A stretch of 64,000 bases of DNA. Source: Candidatus Heimdallarchaeota archaeon. Its GTDB lineage: Archaea; Asgardarchaeota; Heimdallarchaeia; Heimdallarchaeales; Heimdallarchaeaceae. The first letter of the stretch is position 1; each line of letters starts with the position of its first letter. The DNA lies in the NCBI GenBank assembly GCA_018238545.1, contig JABCTC010000011.1, positions 5,245 to 69,244 on the forward strand, read 5' to 3'. Below the pieces are notes generated by a model that made no database searches, had not been told where the DNA came from, and saw only the letters and a list, made by a program, of their open reading frames with translations. Positions 45,050 to 54,657 of this stretch are shown one piece after another. A program made the translations under genes and the position numbers.

Positions 45050-45825
45050 AATGCATCATCTTCATAATAGGGAAGAATCTTTCCGCTAATGAACTCAAAT
45101 AAAACAGGCTCTCCGGTTAGTTCAGGTTTTCCTTTTACGTTAATTACTTTAACTTCAGTAATTGGGCGATCCGCTTTGGTTTTGGATTGTGATACTCTAA
45201 TTGTGACATCACAATTATGTTCTATCGCTCTAACTAATATCGGGTCATGTGCATCTTGATGTAATGTAAAGACCGTCACTGAACCATCTTTTTTATTTGC
45301 AGCCAATCTGTTCTGTAAGAAAGAGAATAATATTTTCTTGCTTTCATCAGCTGCATAAATAATTGACGACAAAGATATGACAATCCCTCTTTTTAGGATT
45401 TGTTGATTTTGCACATGCAAAAATGATCTTCTTATTGTCTCGTTTATTTCTCTTGGTTTAGCAAGATCTTGGATAGAATATTGGTGGGTTGTTTTCAAAT
45501 CTGTATATCCAAATGGATTGCTGAAAGCATCAATGAACTTCAAACGCCCAGTAGCTTCTAGCATTTCAGGATTAATACCAAGCCCATTCAGCATTTCATT
45601 ATAAAATTCGTAAGGATGCTCTGTTGAGAAAATATATCCATACTCCCCAGTCTTCAACCCTTCAGCTAGAAATTGTAAAACAAAGGGATCAGCTTCAGCA
45701 CCAATTTCATCTTCAATCAAAACATTGGAACCAGCTGCGACTCCTCCACCTAGAATTTCATCGAGTGTTGGGACTCCAAAAGAAAATAGCCTTTTCTCAG
45801 ATGTTGCTGGACTATTATTAAACAT
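45046..45825 (-). CDS. KaiC/RecA-superfamily domain protein with degenerate Walker A (probable pseudo-ATPase)
   Basis: GVPTLDEILGGGVAAGSNVLIEDEIGAEADPFVLQFL. The usual G-x-x-G-x-G-K-T position reads EDEIGAEAD. Confidence 0.55.
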   Translation of the reverse strand: MFNNSPATSEKRLFSFGVPTLDEILGGGVAAGSNVLIEDEIGAEADPFVLQFLAEGLKTGEYGYIFSTEHPYEFYNEMLNGLGINPEMLEATGRLKFIDAFSNPFGYTDLKTTHQYSIQDLAKPREINETIRRSFLHVQNQQILKRGIVISLSSIIYAADESKKILFSFLQNRLAANKKDGSVTVFTLHQDAHDPILVRAIEHNCDVTIRVSQSKTKADRPITEVKVINVKGKPELTGEPVLFEFISGKILPYYEDDAF

Positions 45826-45895
45826 AAATTATCATCTCATTTATTCTATACGATTCTGTGTATTAACAGATATTTAAGATTTCGTGCAGTGCACG

Positions 45896-46222
45896 TCACT
45901 TTGACTTTCTATTCAGTTTCTTTCTGAATTTTTGGTCAACATTAGCATTTGTTCTATAAACATAACTGGGAAATTGCCCTTTTGGGTTCTTAGACCGGGG
46001 GCTTTGTTCAGTTTTAATGGGGCGGAGACATTCACCTGAATCACCTAGTTTCCTCTCTCTGCAATCTGCATAGCTACACATGTAACCTAAACATTCAGAA
46101 TCATCTAAACGACAAATAAAACTCTTATTTCCTCGATCTTGTTTAATTCTTAGCATTCTCTTGCTACATGAAAAAGATTTGCAAGTAAGTTTGCACATTC
46201 TATCTTCAGATTTAATAGTCAT
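45896..46222 (-). CDS. Cys-rich small protein with basic tail, unknown function
   Basis: 108 aa with about 12 Cys residues (CKLTCKSFSCSK..CRLDDSECLGYMCSYADC..). Confidence 0.45.
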   Translation of the reverse strand: MTIKSEDRMCKLTCKSFSCSKRMLRIKQDRGNKSFICRLDDSECLGYMCSYADCRERKLGDSGECLRPIKTEQSPRSKNPKGQFPSYVYRTNANVDQKFRKKLNRKSK

Positions 46223-46306
46223 TTTGTAATCTTACCGATTTTAACTAAAAGTATTAAACCAAATTTTCTTATAAGTTTTTCTTATAATCATAATAATTAA
46301 CCGACT

Positions 46307-46834
46307 CTACCAAGGTACATCCTTTATTTTGAGTGAGTACGCAAGAACATTTGTTCCTATATGCAATAATGGAGCGAAAACCAGTAATGATAGCCAAAAT
46401 TCCCATGGGAGTGTTCCAAATACTGGCCAACTCCAGAGCAATCCAAATAAGATATATCCTACTTGATCAAAAATGGGAAAACTTCCCCCTGATGAAATAT
46501 TAATTCTTCGTTTCACAAAAGATCCAAACATATCCCCAAAATTGCACCCAAAACCCATGAGAGCACCTATCCAGAAGGGATAATTGATACCGTATTGTAC
46601 CATAAATAAATCAGAAGCTAAGAACCATACTATTACCCCAATTAGAAAACCGGATAAGATTCCATAGAATAATCCCCATAAGGTTTTATTATCACCTAGC
46701 ATTCTTTTACCATCTTTTAGAACTTTATATCCATCTACGGGATATCCACCACCCAAAATGGCTGGAACGGCATTGGAAACTAGAATCGGTAGAGCAAAAA
46801 GAAATGATACACCAACATCTGTTATAAAGACCAT
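46307..46834 (-). CDS. carS: CDP-archaeol synthase
   Basis: NAVPAILGGGYPVDG..DGKRMLGDNKTLWG and GSFVKRR; 175-aa membrane protein. Confidence 0.75.
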   Translation of the reverse strand: MVFITDVGVSFLFALPILVSNAVPAILGGGYPVDGYKVLKDGKRMLGDNKTLWGLFYGILSGFLIGVIVWFLASDLFMVQYGINYPFWIGALMGFGCNFGDMFGSFVKRRINISSGGSFPIFDQVGYILFGLLWSWPVFGTLPWEFWLSLLVFAPLLHIGTNVLAYSLKIKDVPW

Positions 46835-46963
46835 TTATTGAACCTTCTGAATAAGAAATTGAACAAATTTACATGTATATAAAACATTTGACACTAGGAA
46901 ACCATCACAATTCTTGATGAAGTGACAAAAAGATTAATTTTAGAATCTGTTTACTATAGGCTA

Positions 46964-48016
46964 ATGATAGATTTAGCTGTTATTTATTCCGAGTTATTTA
47001 AAAAACACAAAATGGATCGAGTACACCCTGAATCACCCGCAAGATTAGATGAGATTATTAAAGGAGTGAAAGAGCTTCAGTACGAGATCAAGAAGGATAT
47101 TGAATTTTATAAACCACAATATATTTCAGAAAAAGAACTTGTATCAGTTCACGTTGTGGATTTGATAAGAAAGGTTCAAGCGATATCAGAAGCAGGAGGG
47201 GGAATGATAACTATCGACACAACGCTTAATCCACACACATATGATATTGCTAGATTAGCAGCTGGAGCAACAAAACAAGCTGCAGAGATAGTTGATAAAG
47301 GAGAAGCAAAAAGAAGTTTTGCGATCGTTCGTCCTCCAGGTCACCATGCAGAATCAAACTCAGCGGGGGGGTTCTGCTATTTCAACAATATTGCTATAGC
47401 AGCTGATTGGTTAGTAAACGACAAAGGTTACAAAAGAGTAGCAATTATCGATATTGATCATCACTTTGGGAACGGAACGTCTCACATTTTTTACCATCGC
47501 AAAGATGTTTTCTATTTTTCGATTCATGCTCATCCAATGTATTCGTACCCAGGTTCGGGATATCCAACAGAAATAGGTGTCTCTGAAGGAAAAGGATATA
47601 ATGTTAATGTAGCATTGCTACCCGGAGTTACATCTAGCGATTGGTTGAAGTCACTAGAATTTGGTCTAAATATTCTAAAACAGTACAAACCTGAAATCAT
47701 TTTGGTTTCAGTAGGCTTTGATTCTTTAGGGGGAGATCCTGTTGGAATAATGAACATCGCTCCGAACGCTTTTTGGGGAGCTGGACACTTGCTCAACCAA
47801 TTTGCTGAAGAATATTGCAATGGAAAAATCATTTGTACTTTGGAAGGAGGATACAAATTAGATCAACTAAAAGACGTTAGCAAGAAATTCATTTTAGGAT
47901 TAATGGGAGAGAAACTAATAGTTTTAAACAAGATAATGAGCAGAGAGATGACTGAACAAACGAGAAGTATGATAGTTCAAACTAAGAAAGCATTAAAGGA
48001 ATATTGGAATTTCTAA
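46964..48016 (+). CDS. Histone deacetylase / acetylpolyamine amidohydrolase family (zinc-dependent)
   Basis: RPPGHHA, DIDHHFGNGT, LEGGY. I prefer the ATG at 46964; the track ORF starts at the GTG at 46922. Confidence 0.8.
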   Translation: MIDLAVIYSELFKKHKMDRVHPESPARLDEIIKGVKELQYEIKKDIEFYKPQYISEKELVSVHVVDLIRKVQAISEAGGGMITIDTTLNPHTYDIARLAAGATKQAAEIVDKGEAKRSFAIVRPPGHHAESNSAGGFCYFNNIAIAADWLVNDKGYKRVAIIDIDHHFGNGTSHIFYHRKDVFYFSIHAHPMYSYPGSGYPTEIGVSEGKGYNVNVALLPGVTSSDWLKSLEFGLNILKQYKPEIILVSVGFDSLGGDPVGIMNIAPNAFWGAGHLLNQFAEEYCNGKIICTLEGGYKLDQLKDVSKKFILGLMGEKLIVLNKIMSREMTEQTRSMIVQTKKALKEYWNF

Positions 48017-48135
48017 ACATACTGCTAATTTGTTGAAGAGGAAAGAAAATCTTTGTTAACCCACAGGAAGTTTTTATAACTGTTATCTTTAAAAGATGGG
48101 AATAGTTTTTAAATATCTATTTTATTTCCAATTCC

Positions 48136-49530
48136 ATGTCTGAAGTTATTGAAGAAGAGGTTGAAATAGAAACTAAAACATCTAAATACAACGTCTTCAA
48201 ATGGTCAATGTACGATTTAGCAAATACAGTATATTCGATGATAATTGTTAGTTTGATAATCAATCGTTATGTATTGGTGATAGGACAAGTAGAACATGGA
48301 ATGACTTATGGTGAAGCCAGTTTCGTTTATGGAGTCGTAGCAGCTGTTATGCAAGTAATCACTGCAATTGGTATGCCCATTATGGGAGCTTTAAGTGACA
48401 CTACTGGTAAAAGAAAACCATTTGTTCTTGTTTTAACCGGAGTAATTCTATTATTCTCTAGTCTTCTTGGTTTATTCCACAATATTACAGTAGTATTGAT
48501 TCTCTATGTAATTGCTAATATTGCTTATCAATGGAGTCTCGCATTTTATGATGCAATGCTACCTTTTATAGCTAATCCAAAAGATGTCGGTAAAGTTGGA
48601 GGATTTGGAGTTGCCTTTGGTTACTTAGGTACAATAATCTCTTTGTTAGTAATGTTTCCATTAATTTTGATTTACGGTGATGTTGTAAGTAAAGATGCTA
48701 ATATAGCTAATCTATCATATGGTTATACAGGTTATTGGTGGATATTTGTTGTCCCAATGGCTCTTTTCCTTGTATTTGGGATTCCTTTGATTTTCGTTAA
48801 AGAAAAGCAGAAAAAAGTAAAATTATCGGAACAGAAAGATGTTCTTAAAAATACCTTTAAACAGCTTGGGACGACTTTTAGAGATATAAGAAAACATCGT
48901 CAAATGTTAATCTTTGTGATAGGGTATTTCTTTATTGCAGATGTTGCAAATGTTATTGTAGCTTATATGACTCCCATAGTAACTGATGCGCTTCAAATCG
49001 AAGGTGCGGATATTTCAACAGATCTTTTTGCGATAATTTTCATAATTATTGCAACTGTTGCAGCTGTAGCTTTTACATATTTCATTGGTAAATTTGCAGA
49101 AAAATATGGTGCTAAAAACGCTTTCTTCCTAGTTGGAGGATTATGGGGTCTTGCTTTGATTATAGGAATCGTAGCAATATTCGTATGGGCACCCATAACA
49201 ATTGGATTTAATTTTCCATTTATCATGATACTTCTAATGGGATGTTCTGCTGGTGTAGCTTTAGGAGGTACCTGGACAGCTCAAAGGGTTATGGTTGTGG
49301 AATTAGCTCCCAAAGAGAAATTTGGCGAATATTTTGGATTCTCAAAACTAAGTGGGAAGGTTTCTTCAGCATTAGGACCAATTATTTTTGGAGCAATACT
49401 ACTAGCTTATGATCCAACAATCGGTTTCAAATCATATGGAATAGCCATGGCTGTTGTTGGTGGAATAATGTTATTTGGTTTAATAATCATAGCTTTTATT
49501 CGACCTGATAAATCTGCAAAGAATTACTAA
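48136..49530 (+). CDS. MFS transporter, UMF1/Atg22-like subfamily (tentative subfamily)
   Basis: N-terminal WSMYDLANTVYSMII block and about 12 TM segments. Confidence 0.6.
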   Translation: MSEVIEEEVEIETKTSKYNVFKWSMYDLANTVYSMIIVSLIINRYVLVIGQVEHGMTYGEASFVYGVVAAVMQVITAIGMPIMGALSDTTGKRKPFVLVLTGVILLFSSLLGLFHNITVVLILYVIANIAYQWSLAFYDAMLPFIANPKDVGKVGGFGVAFGYLGTIISLLVMFPLILIYGDVVSKDANIANLSYGYTGYWWIFVVPMALFLVFGIPLIFVKEKQKKVKLSEQKDVLKNTFKQLGTTFRDIRKHRQMLIFVIGYFFIADVANVIVAYMTPIVTDALQIEGADISTDLFAIIFIIIATVAAVAFTYFIGKFAEKYGAKNAFFLVGGLWGLALIIGIVAIFVWAPITIGFNFPFIMILLMGCSAGVALGGTWTAQRVMVVELAPKEKFGEYFGFSKLSGKVSSALGPIIFGAILLAYDPTIGFKSYGIAMAVVGGIMLFGLIIIAFIRPDKSAKNY

Positions 49531-49544
49531 TCTTTTCCTTTCTT

Positions 49545-50774
49545 TTAATAAATTAGAAGGAAAGGATTATTTTTCCTCTTCCTTTTTTTTCCATTTCTGT
49601 TATTTCTAACTAATCCTGCAAAGCCTATTATTATCACAATTGATAGGATAAGCATTGAAATTAGTGAGACAGATAGTGACGTATTGAACAGAATAAATAC
49701 TAGACTTACTATGAAATACAACAGATTTCCTATAGATGAATAGATTGAGACAATAGTAGCTCTAAGATCCGAAGTAGCTTTCCTTTGTATCATAGTTGAT
49801 ATTATGGGTGCTCTTCCTCCTCTTGCTAATTGTACTGCAAACATGGTAGTTAGAATTATCAAAGAATCAAAGTACCATAGAACGAATATGCTAACTATTT
49901 CTAGGATCATGAATCCTAGTAACAGGAAATCTTCGTGGTGTTCCTTTATCCTTGCAAATAACCAGCTACCTATTGCAGCCACTAAATTCATCCCAGCAAA
50001 GATTAACCCAATATGCAGCGAATTTAACCCATTGCTAAATAGTTTTGGCTGATATGCCCAGAAAGCCACTCTTTGAGCTACTGAGAAAGCAATGAAAGCT
50101 AATAGTACACCTATAAGGAATTTCGATTTGAACAACGTTTTTAGTGCTGACTTCGTTGCCTTTTGTATACTCTGTGATTTCGCCCTTTCTTTCTCTTCCA
50201 TTAGTAAGCTTATCACAACTTTAATTCCGGAGATTATACCAATTATGAACAAAGGCCATCTAAGTGAGTATAGAGCAATAACACCAGAAATTGGTAAAGA
50301 AACCATTGCAACTATAAAAGCAAGAGTTGAAGATTTTCCGATGATTTTCTTAAACCTATCTTCTTTTCCATAGTATGCAAGAGTGTCATACAACAATCCT
50401 GTATCAGATCCGGATATAGCAGCTAAGCCCATTCCAAATACTGCTTCACTTATTGCGAAAGCTGCAAAACTTCTACCTAATCCATAACATACACTTGCTA
50501 TTGCTATTAACAGGTAACCTCCAGCAAGTACGTATCTACGTTTGAATGAATCGGATAAAGCTCCGCTTGGTATTTCAAAGATAACTACCGATAAAGCAAA
50601 TATCCCTTGAAGGAACAGCATTTGACTGAAATCAAGACCAGCTTCGCCCCATATTTTAACAGCTACAGGAATAACCATAGCTATGAAATCTAGTCGTAAC
50701 AGAATGAATAGTAAACTATTCTTTCGAACTTCATCCACTTGTGAACTATTTTTTTGTGTAACTTGCGATTTCAT
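49545..50774 (-). CDS. MFS-type transporter
   Basis: GALSDSFKRRYV loop motif; multi-pass. Confidence 0.6.
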   Translation of the reverse strand: MKSQVTQKNSSQVDEVRKNSLLFILLRLDFIAMVIPVAVKIWGEAGLDFSQMLFLQGIFALSVVIFEIPSGALSDSFKRRYVLAGGYLLIAIASVCYGLGRSFAAFAISEAVFGMGLAAISGSDTGLLYDTLAYYGKEDRFKKIIGKSSTLAFIVAMVSLPISGVIALYSLRWPLFIIGIISGIKVVISLLMEEKERAKSQSIQKATKSALKTLFKSKFLIGVLLAFIAFSVAQRVAFWAYQPKLFSNGLNSLHIGLIFAGMNLVAAIGSWLFARIKEHHEDFLLLGFMILEIVSIFVLWYFDSLIILTTMFAVQLARGGRAPIISTMIQRKATSDLRATIVSIYSSIGNLLYFIVSLVFILFNTSLSVSLISMLILSIVIIIGFAGLVRNNRNGKKRKRKNNPFLLIY

Positions 50775-51165
50775 ATTATATTTTCTCCTTTTTGATAAGA
50801 GAAATTGCCAATAATTGGTGAAAATTCGATATTTTCCAATAGGAGTGATAGAATAAAACCTCAGAATAGAATCTCAGAAATGACCCCAAAAAGAATGATA
50901 ACTGAATTATAAGTGAGTTATGGGATTGGTCATTCTGATGTTCATCTAATCGGACCAAAAGCGACAGTATCCACTAAAAGTATATACCAATTTGTTGTAT
51001 TTTGTCGCTCATTCTTGAACATCATAACTCTAAAATCTATTTTTCTAATTTGTCTTAAAAAGGTGTCGATAAACAATATACTCTTCAGAATAGGTCAGTA
51101 CTCGCTTTTTAATTTTGAATGTTCTATGATAAAAGTTATAATTTTGCATTACTCTTTTATAACTG

Positions 51166-52053
51166 ATGTCTAACTCCGACAACTCATATATTGATGTTTT
51201 TGAGAATGTGCAGAAGCTAATTGTGGGTAGGAAAAAAGAACTACGACTAATGATAAATGCTGTTAGCAAAGGGCTGCCAATAATTATTGAAGGTCCTGTG
51301 GGGACAGGTAAGACTGAGATGGCTAAGGTTCTTGCTCAATCTCTTGAAAGACCTTTTGTTAGGGTAGATGGTGACGATAATCTTACCTCAATTAAGTTGA
51401 AAGGTTGGTACGACCCCCCATTAGTTCTAGAGAAGGGTTTTTCCCGCGAAACGTTCATTCCTGGACCTCTAACTCATTCTATGGAAAATGGAGGAATATT
51501 CTTTTATAATGAAGTTAATAGAGCTCCCTCCGAAACGATAAATGCAGTTCTAACCGCACTAGACGAGAAATTAATTACCATTCCTCAAATTGGAGAAATT
51601 GTCGCTAAAGAAGGATTCATCTCAATTTTCACATATAATCCTGAAGACACGGTGGCTACGAACCCACTGCCTAAAGCATTTTATGATCGATGTATTTGGA
51701 TTCATGTCTCTCATCAAACATTTGAAGAAATGAAAGAAATCGTATTTCTAAGAACAGGTTCCTCCGATAACTTGATGATTTCCATTTCTTGTGAAATTGT
51801 TCAAGCCACAATTAATCATCCAGAATTGGAAACAAGTTCTACTGTTAGAGGAGCTATTCATTTAGTTGAACTATATGAAGATCTAGAGACAATTGATGAA
51901 CAAACACTAATTGAAAGAGCAATAGCTGTGCACTCTCGAAAAATCAGATGTAAAACAACAAGTAGTAAAACAGAAAGTGAAATTATCGAGGAAATTGTTT
52001 CGAAAATTCTGTCTAGATATGAAGATGACCGCATACTCCGAAAAAAAGAGTAA
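51166..52053 (+). CDS. MoxR/CbbQ-like AAA+ ATPase
   Basis: Walker A IIEGPVGTGKTEMAKVLA and Walker B region IFFYNEVNRAPSE; about 295 aa. Confidence 0.8.
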   Translation: MSNSDNSYIDVFENVQKLIVGRKKELRLMINAVSKGLPIIIEGPVGTGKTEMAKVLAQSLERPFVRVDGDDNLTSIKLKGWYDPPLVLEKGFSRETFIPGPLTHSMENGGIFFYNEVNRAPSETINAVLTALDEKLITIPQIGEIVAKEGFISIFTYNPEDTVATNPLPKAFYDRCIWIHVSHQTFEEMKEIVFLRTGSSDNLMISISCEIVQATINHPELETSSTVRGAIHLVELYEDLETIDEQTLIERAIAVHSRKIRCKTTSSKTESEIIEEIVSKILSRYEDDRILRKKE

Positions 52054-52094
52054 TTGGTGACCCTACACTCAGTATTGTAGGGGATGAGCCATTC

Positions 52095-53081
52095 TTGACC
52101 TTTCCTTCCAAAAATGCTGGTCGTATGATAATTAACGAAATACAGATGGAATTAGGTAAAAGACAAGAAGATATGGCTAAAATTTTTGAGTTAGCTGAAC
52201 AAGCTGCTGAAAATAGAAATTTGGATGCTCTTAGATTAATTGCCACTAATTATCCAACGTTAGCTGCAAAAATCATGAACAACATGGAAATTAGTGACAT
52301 AATTTTGGATCAACTTAGAGGGGAAGATTTAATCCAATTATATTCAAGAACTAAGAAACATCTAAAATATCAGCTTCGAAAAAGGATGTTAGATAGGCTT
52401 ATACCTTTTATAACAGAACAAGCAAAAGCTATTTACCGGAGAGGAGTATCTGCATCAGTTTCAAAATACATTAATTATGAACCAGGACTTGATTGGGAAC
52501 TTGAAATGACTATAGAAAAAATGATGAGTACTGGCAAATTATCACCTGATTATGATAGCATTGTCTCAAAAGAGCCTATTAAGAAGAAGAGGAGCATTGT
52601 TGTTTGTATCGATAAAAGTTTGAGTGTTTTGCGACTTATTCATCAAATCGTTCTGATGGCATCAGTTTTATCTTTATCAGTCAAGAAAGAAAATTTTTCT
52701 ATTATTGCATTTGATTCTGAATCAGCTATTCTGAAACACATGAACAAATACACCGACCCTGATGAACTTGTAGAACTTATTTTGAATATCGAAAGCGGTG
52801 GAAAAACCAATCTCGAAGATGCGCTTAAACTTGCCTTAGACCAACTCAAACAAAGTTCCTCTAGAGAAAAAATTGTCTATATGATAAGTGATCTTGAGAG
52901 AACGATTGGAGGTAACCCTCTTCCTATTATTCAAAATATAGAAGATTTAAGAGTAATTTATGCTCGAACTTATCGCCGGGTTTCTTTTGTAGATGAAGTT
53001 ATCTCGCTCTCTAATGTTTCCTTAATAGAATTAAACTTTGACAGTGACTTAGTGGAAATAACTACAAAGTTGATTTCTTAA
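52095..53081 (+). CDS. von Willebrand factor A (VWA) domain protein, partner of the MoxR-like ATPase
   Basis: MIDAS-like VVCIDKSLSV and GGKTNLEDAL. The start is uncertain (TTG at 52095 or ATG at 52125). Confidence 0.7.
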   Translation: MTFPSKNAGRMIINEIQMELGKRQEDMAKIFELAEQAAENRNLDALRLIATNYPTLAAKIMNNMEISDIILDQLRGEDLIQLYSRTKKHLKYQLRKRMLDRLIPFITEQAKAIYRRGVSASVSKYINYEPGLDWELEMTIEKMMSTGKLSPDYDSIVSKEPIKKKRSIVVCIDKSLSVLRLIHQIVLMASVLSLSVKKENFSIIAFDSESAILKHMNKYTDPDELVELILNIESGGKTNLEDALKLALDQLKQSSSREKIVYMISDLERTIGGNPLPIIQNIEDLRVIYARTYRRVSFVDEVISLSNVSLIELNFDSDLVEITTKLIS

Positions 53082-54427
53082 TCATCTTTTTGTATCACTT
53101 TTTTCTTCTTAGGTAAATCTATTAGTTGATCTACAGTGATTAATGTTACACCAATCAATCCCATTACAAGCCCTTCAATTTGTGCTTCATTTCGCAAGAA
53201 AGTATAATTTATTGCAATTGTTGCTTCATAGTAGAATGTTTCAGAAATGTTCCATTGACTAACAAAAGCAATAACATAATTATTTTCAACGGCTGTTGTT
53301 TCATTAAGTAATATACTGATCCCTGCAGAATTTTCCTCGTGAATTAATTGTTTAACGAAGTAACTCTCCTCTACTATGGGGTTTGTCAAAGAGTTGTAAC
53401 TAACAATCATGTTTGCATAAGTTATATTCTGATCATAATACTGTAAAGTCAAATTATCAAAAGCATTGAAGAAATCAAAGAAAGTGTTGTTATTTGTTAA
53501 CACTACAGTAGTGTTATATGGAGTAAGACCGTACTCACTTTGAAAAATCAGTTCTGTTGAAGATTGTGGTCTATTAGTAAAAACAAGTCCCAAAGTTGGA
53601 TCAAAATAATTCTGCGTATTAACATAATTAGAAGAAACTTGATAATTAACTACTCTTTCCTGTCCAATTACTGGTCCAAGTAACAAACCTGCGCCAATAA
53701 AAAATAACCCAATTAAAGTCATTTGTTTAGAAATTCTTTTCCAAGTAATCTTCAATATCCTTCCAGTTTTATTTGGTTCATTCTTCTTTTTCCTTTTCTT
53801 CCTCTTAAAGACTGGTAGCACTATTACAACTAACCAAGTAATCATAATAATCAGATGAAGTCCAAATTGCTCAATAGGCAAATCCCAGTAATTGCCCACA
53901 ATCTGACTTCTCTCAGCTTGTGTTAAATCCACAAAAAACATGCCTGTCCCTTCTTGAAAAGAGTAGATTCTCCAATCTGGAATAATTCCAAGGAAGGATA
54001 AGGGAAAGAATAACCATGGCTGGTTTTCGAATCTAAGATATACTGATAATTCATAGAAATTTGTATCTATAGGCCAGAATAGAAGTATTGGATCCCAACC
54101 TAAATCTAGACCTATATGTAATAACCACATGATTGAAGCAAGTTTGAAAAATCTGATAATTCTTTTACCTCTTTCATCAAAAGAATTAGTTCGTTTATTG
54201 ATTAAACCTATAACAATAAAGCTCAATAAAACAAATGCCGGTGGGATTATACTGTGTGTATACGACCGATGCGTCCCAATTAGCAGGTCTATATCAGGGA
54301 AAATAGCAAAAACGTTTATCAGGAGAAATTCCCATCTATGTTCCTTATAATATTCTCGGTTTTCCTTAGACAACAATAACCAAACAATAAGACCTTGCAA
54401 TGCTAGGTGTGTAAAAGTATAAGTCAT
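53078..54427 (-). CDS. Membrane protein: N-terminal DUF457/YdjM-like hydrolase region plus sequon-rich extracellular C-terminal domain and terminal TM
   Basis: FAIFPDIDLLIGTHRSYTHSI. The later region carries N-x-S/T sites (NTTV, NNTF, NLTL, NITY, NETT, NISE, NYTF). Confidence 0.5.
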   Translation of the reverse strand: MTYTFTHLALQGLIVWLLLSKENREYYKEHRWEFLLINVFAIFPDIDLLIGTHRSYTHSIIPPAFVLLSFIVIGLINKRTNSFDERGKRIIRFFKLASIMWLLHIGLDLGWDPILLFWPIDTNFYELSVYLRFENQPWLFFPLSFLGIIPDWRIYSFQEGTGMFFVDLTQAERSQIVGNYWDLPIEQFGLHLIIMITWLVVIVLPVFKRKKRKKKNEPNKTGRILKITWKRISKQMTLIGLFFIGAGLLLGPVIGQERVVNYQVSSNYVNTQNYFDPTLGLVFTNRPQSSTELIFQSEYGLTPYNTTVVLTNNNTFFDFFNAFDNLTLQYYDQNITYANMIVSYNSLTNPIVEESYFVKQLIHEENSAGISILLNETTAVENNYVIAFVSQWNISETFYYEATIAINYTFLRNEAQIEGLVMGLIGVTLITVDQLIDLPKKKKVIQKDD

Positions 54428-54657
54428 TCTATCACTCGTTTTTTCTTAAAATTTATAGCACTCTATTCATTAAGTAGTTTCTTATTTTCACATTTTGCAC
54501 AAAATTTCACTTAAAAAACATAATGGATCGCTAGTTAAAATGATTATTAGTTTATATACTAAAAGTTCTTTATATTAATGGGAGTAAAATTTAGGCTTGT
54601 TGAAGTAAGACTTATTATACTGAAAGAAATGAGTCTGTAAGTAGTAAGGTTGACAAA

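Noticed and set aside
50775-51165. Small ORFs (50776-50958, 50913-51173, 51045-51269) in the 390-nt gap upstream of the MoxR-like gene
   Set aside because: Their translations are hydrophobic, low-complexity and mutually overlapping, with no motifs. I noticed no GC enrichment or notable repeats that would support an RNA gene either.
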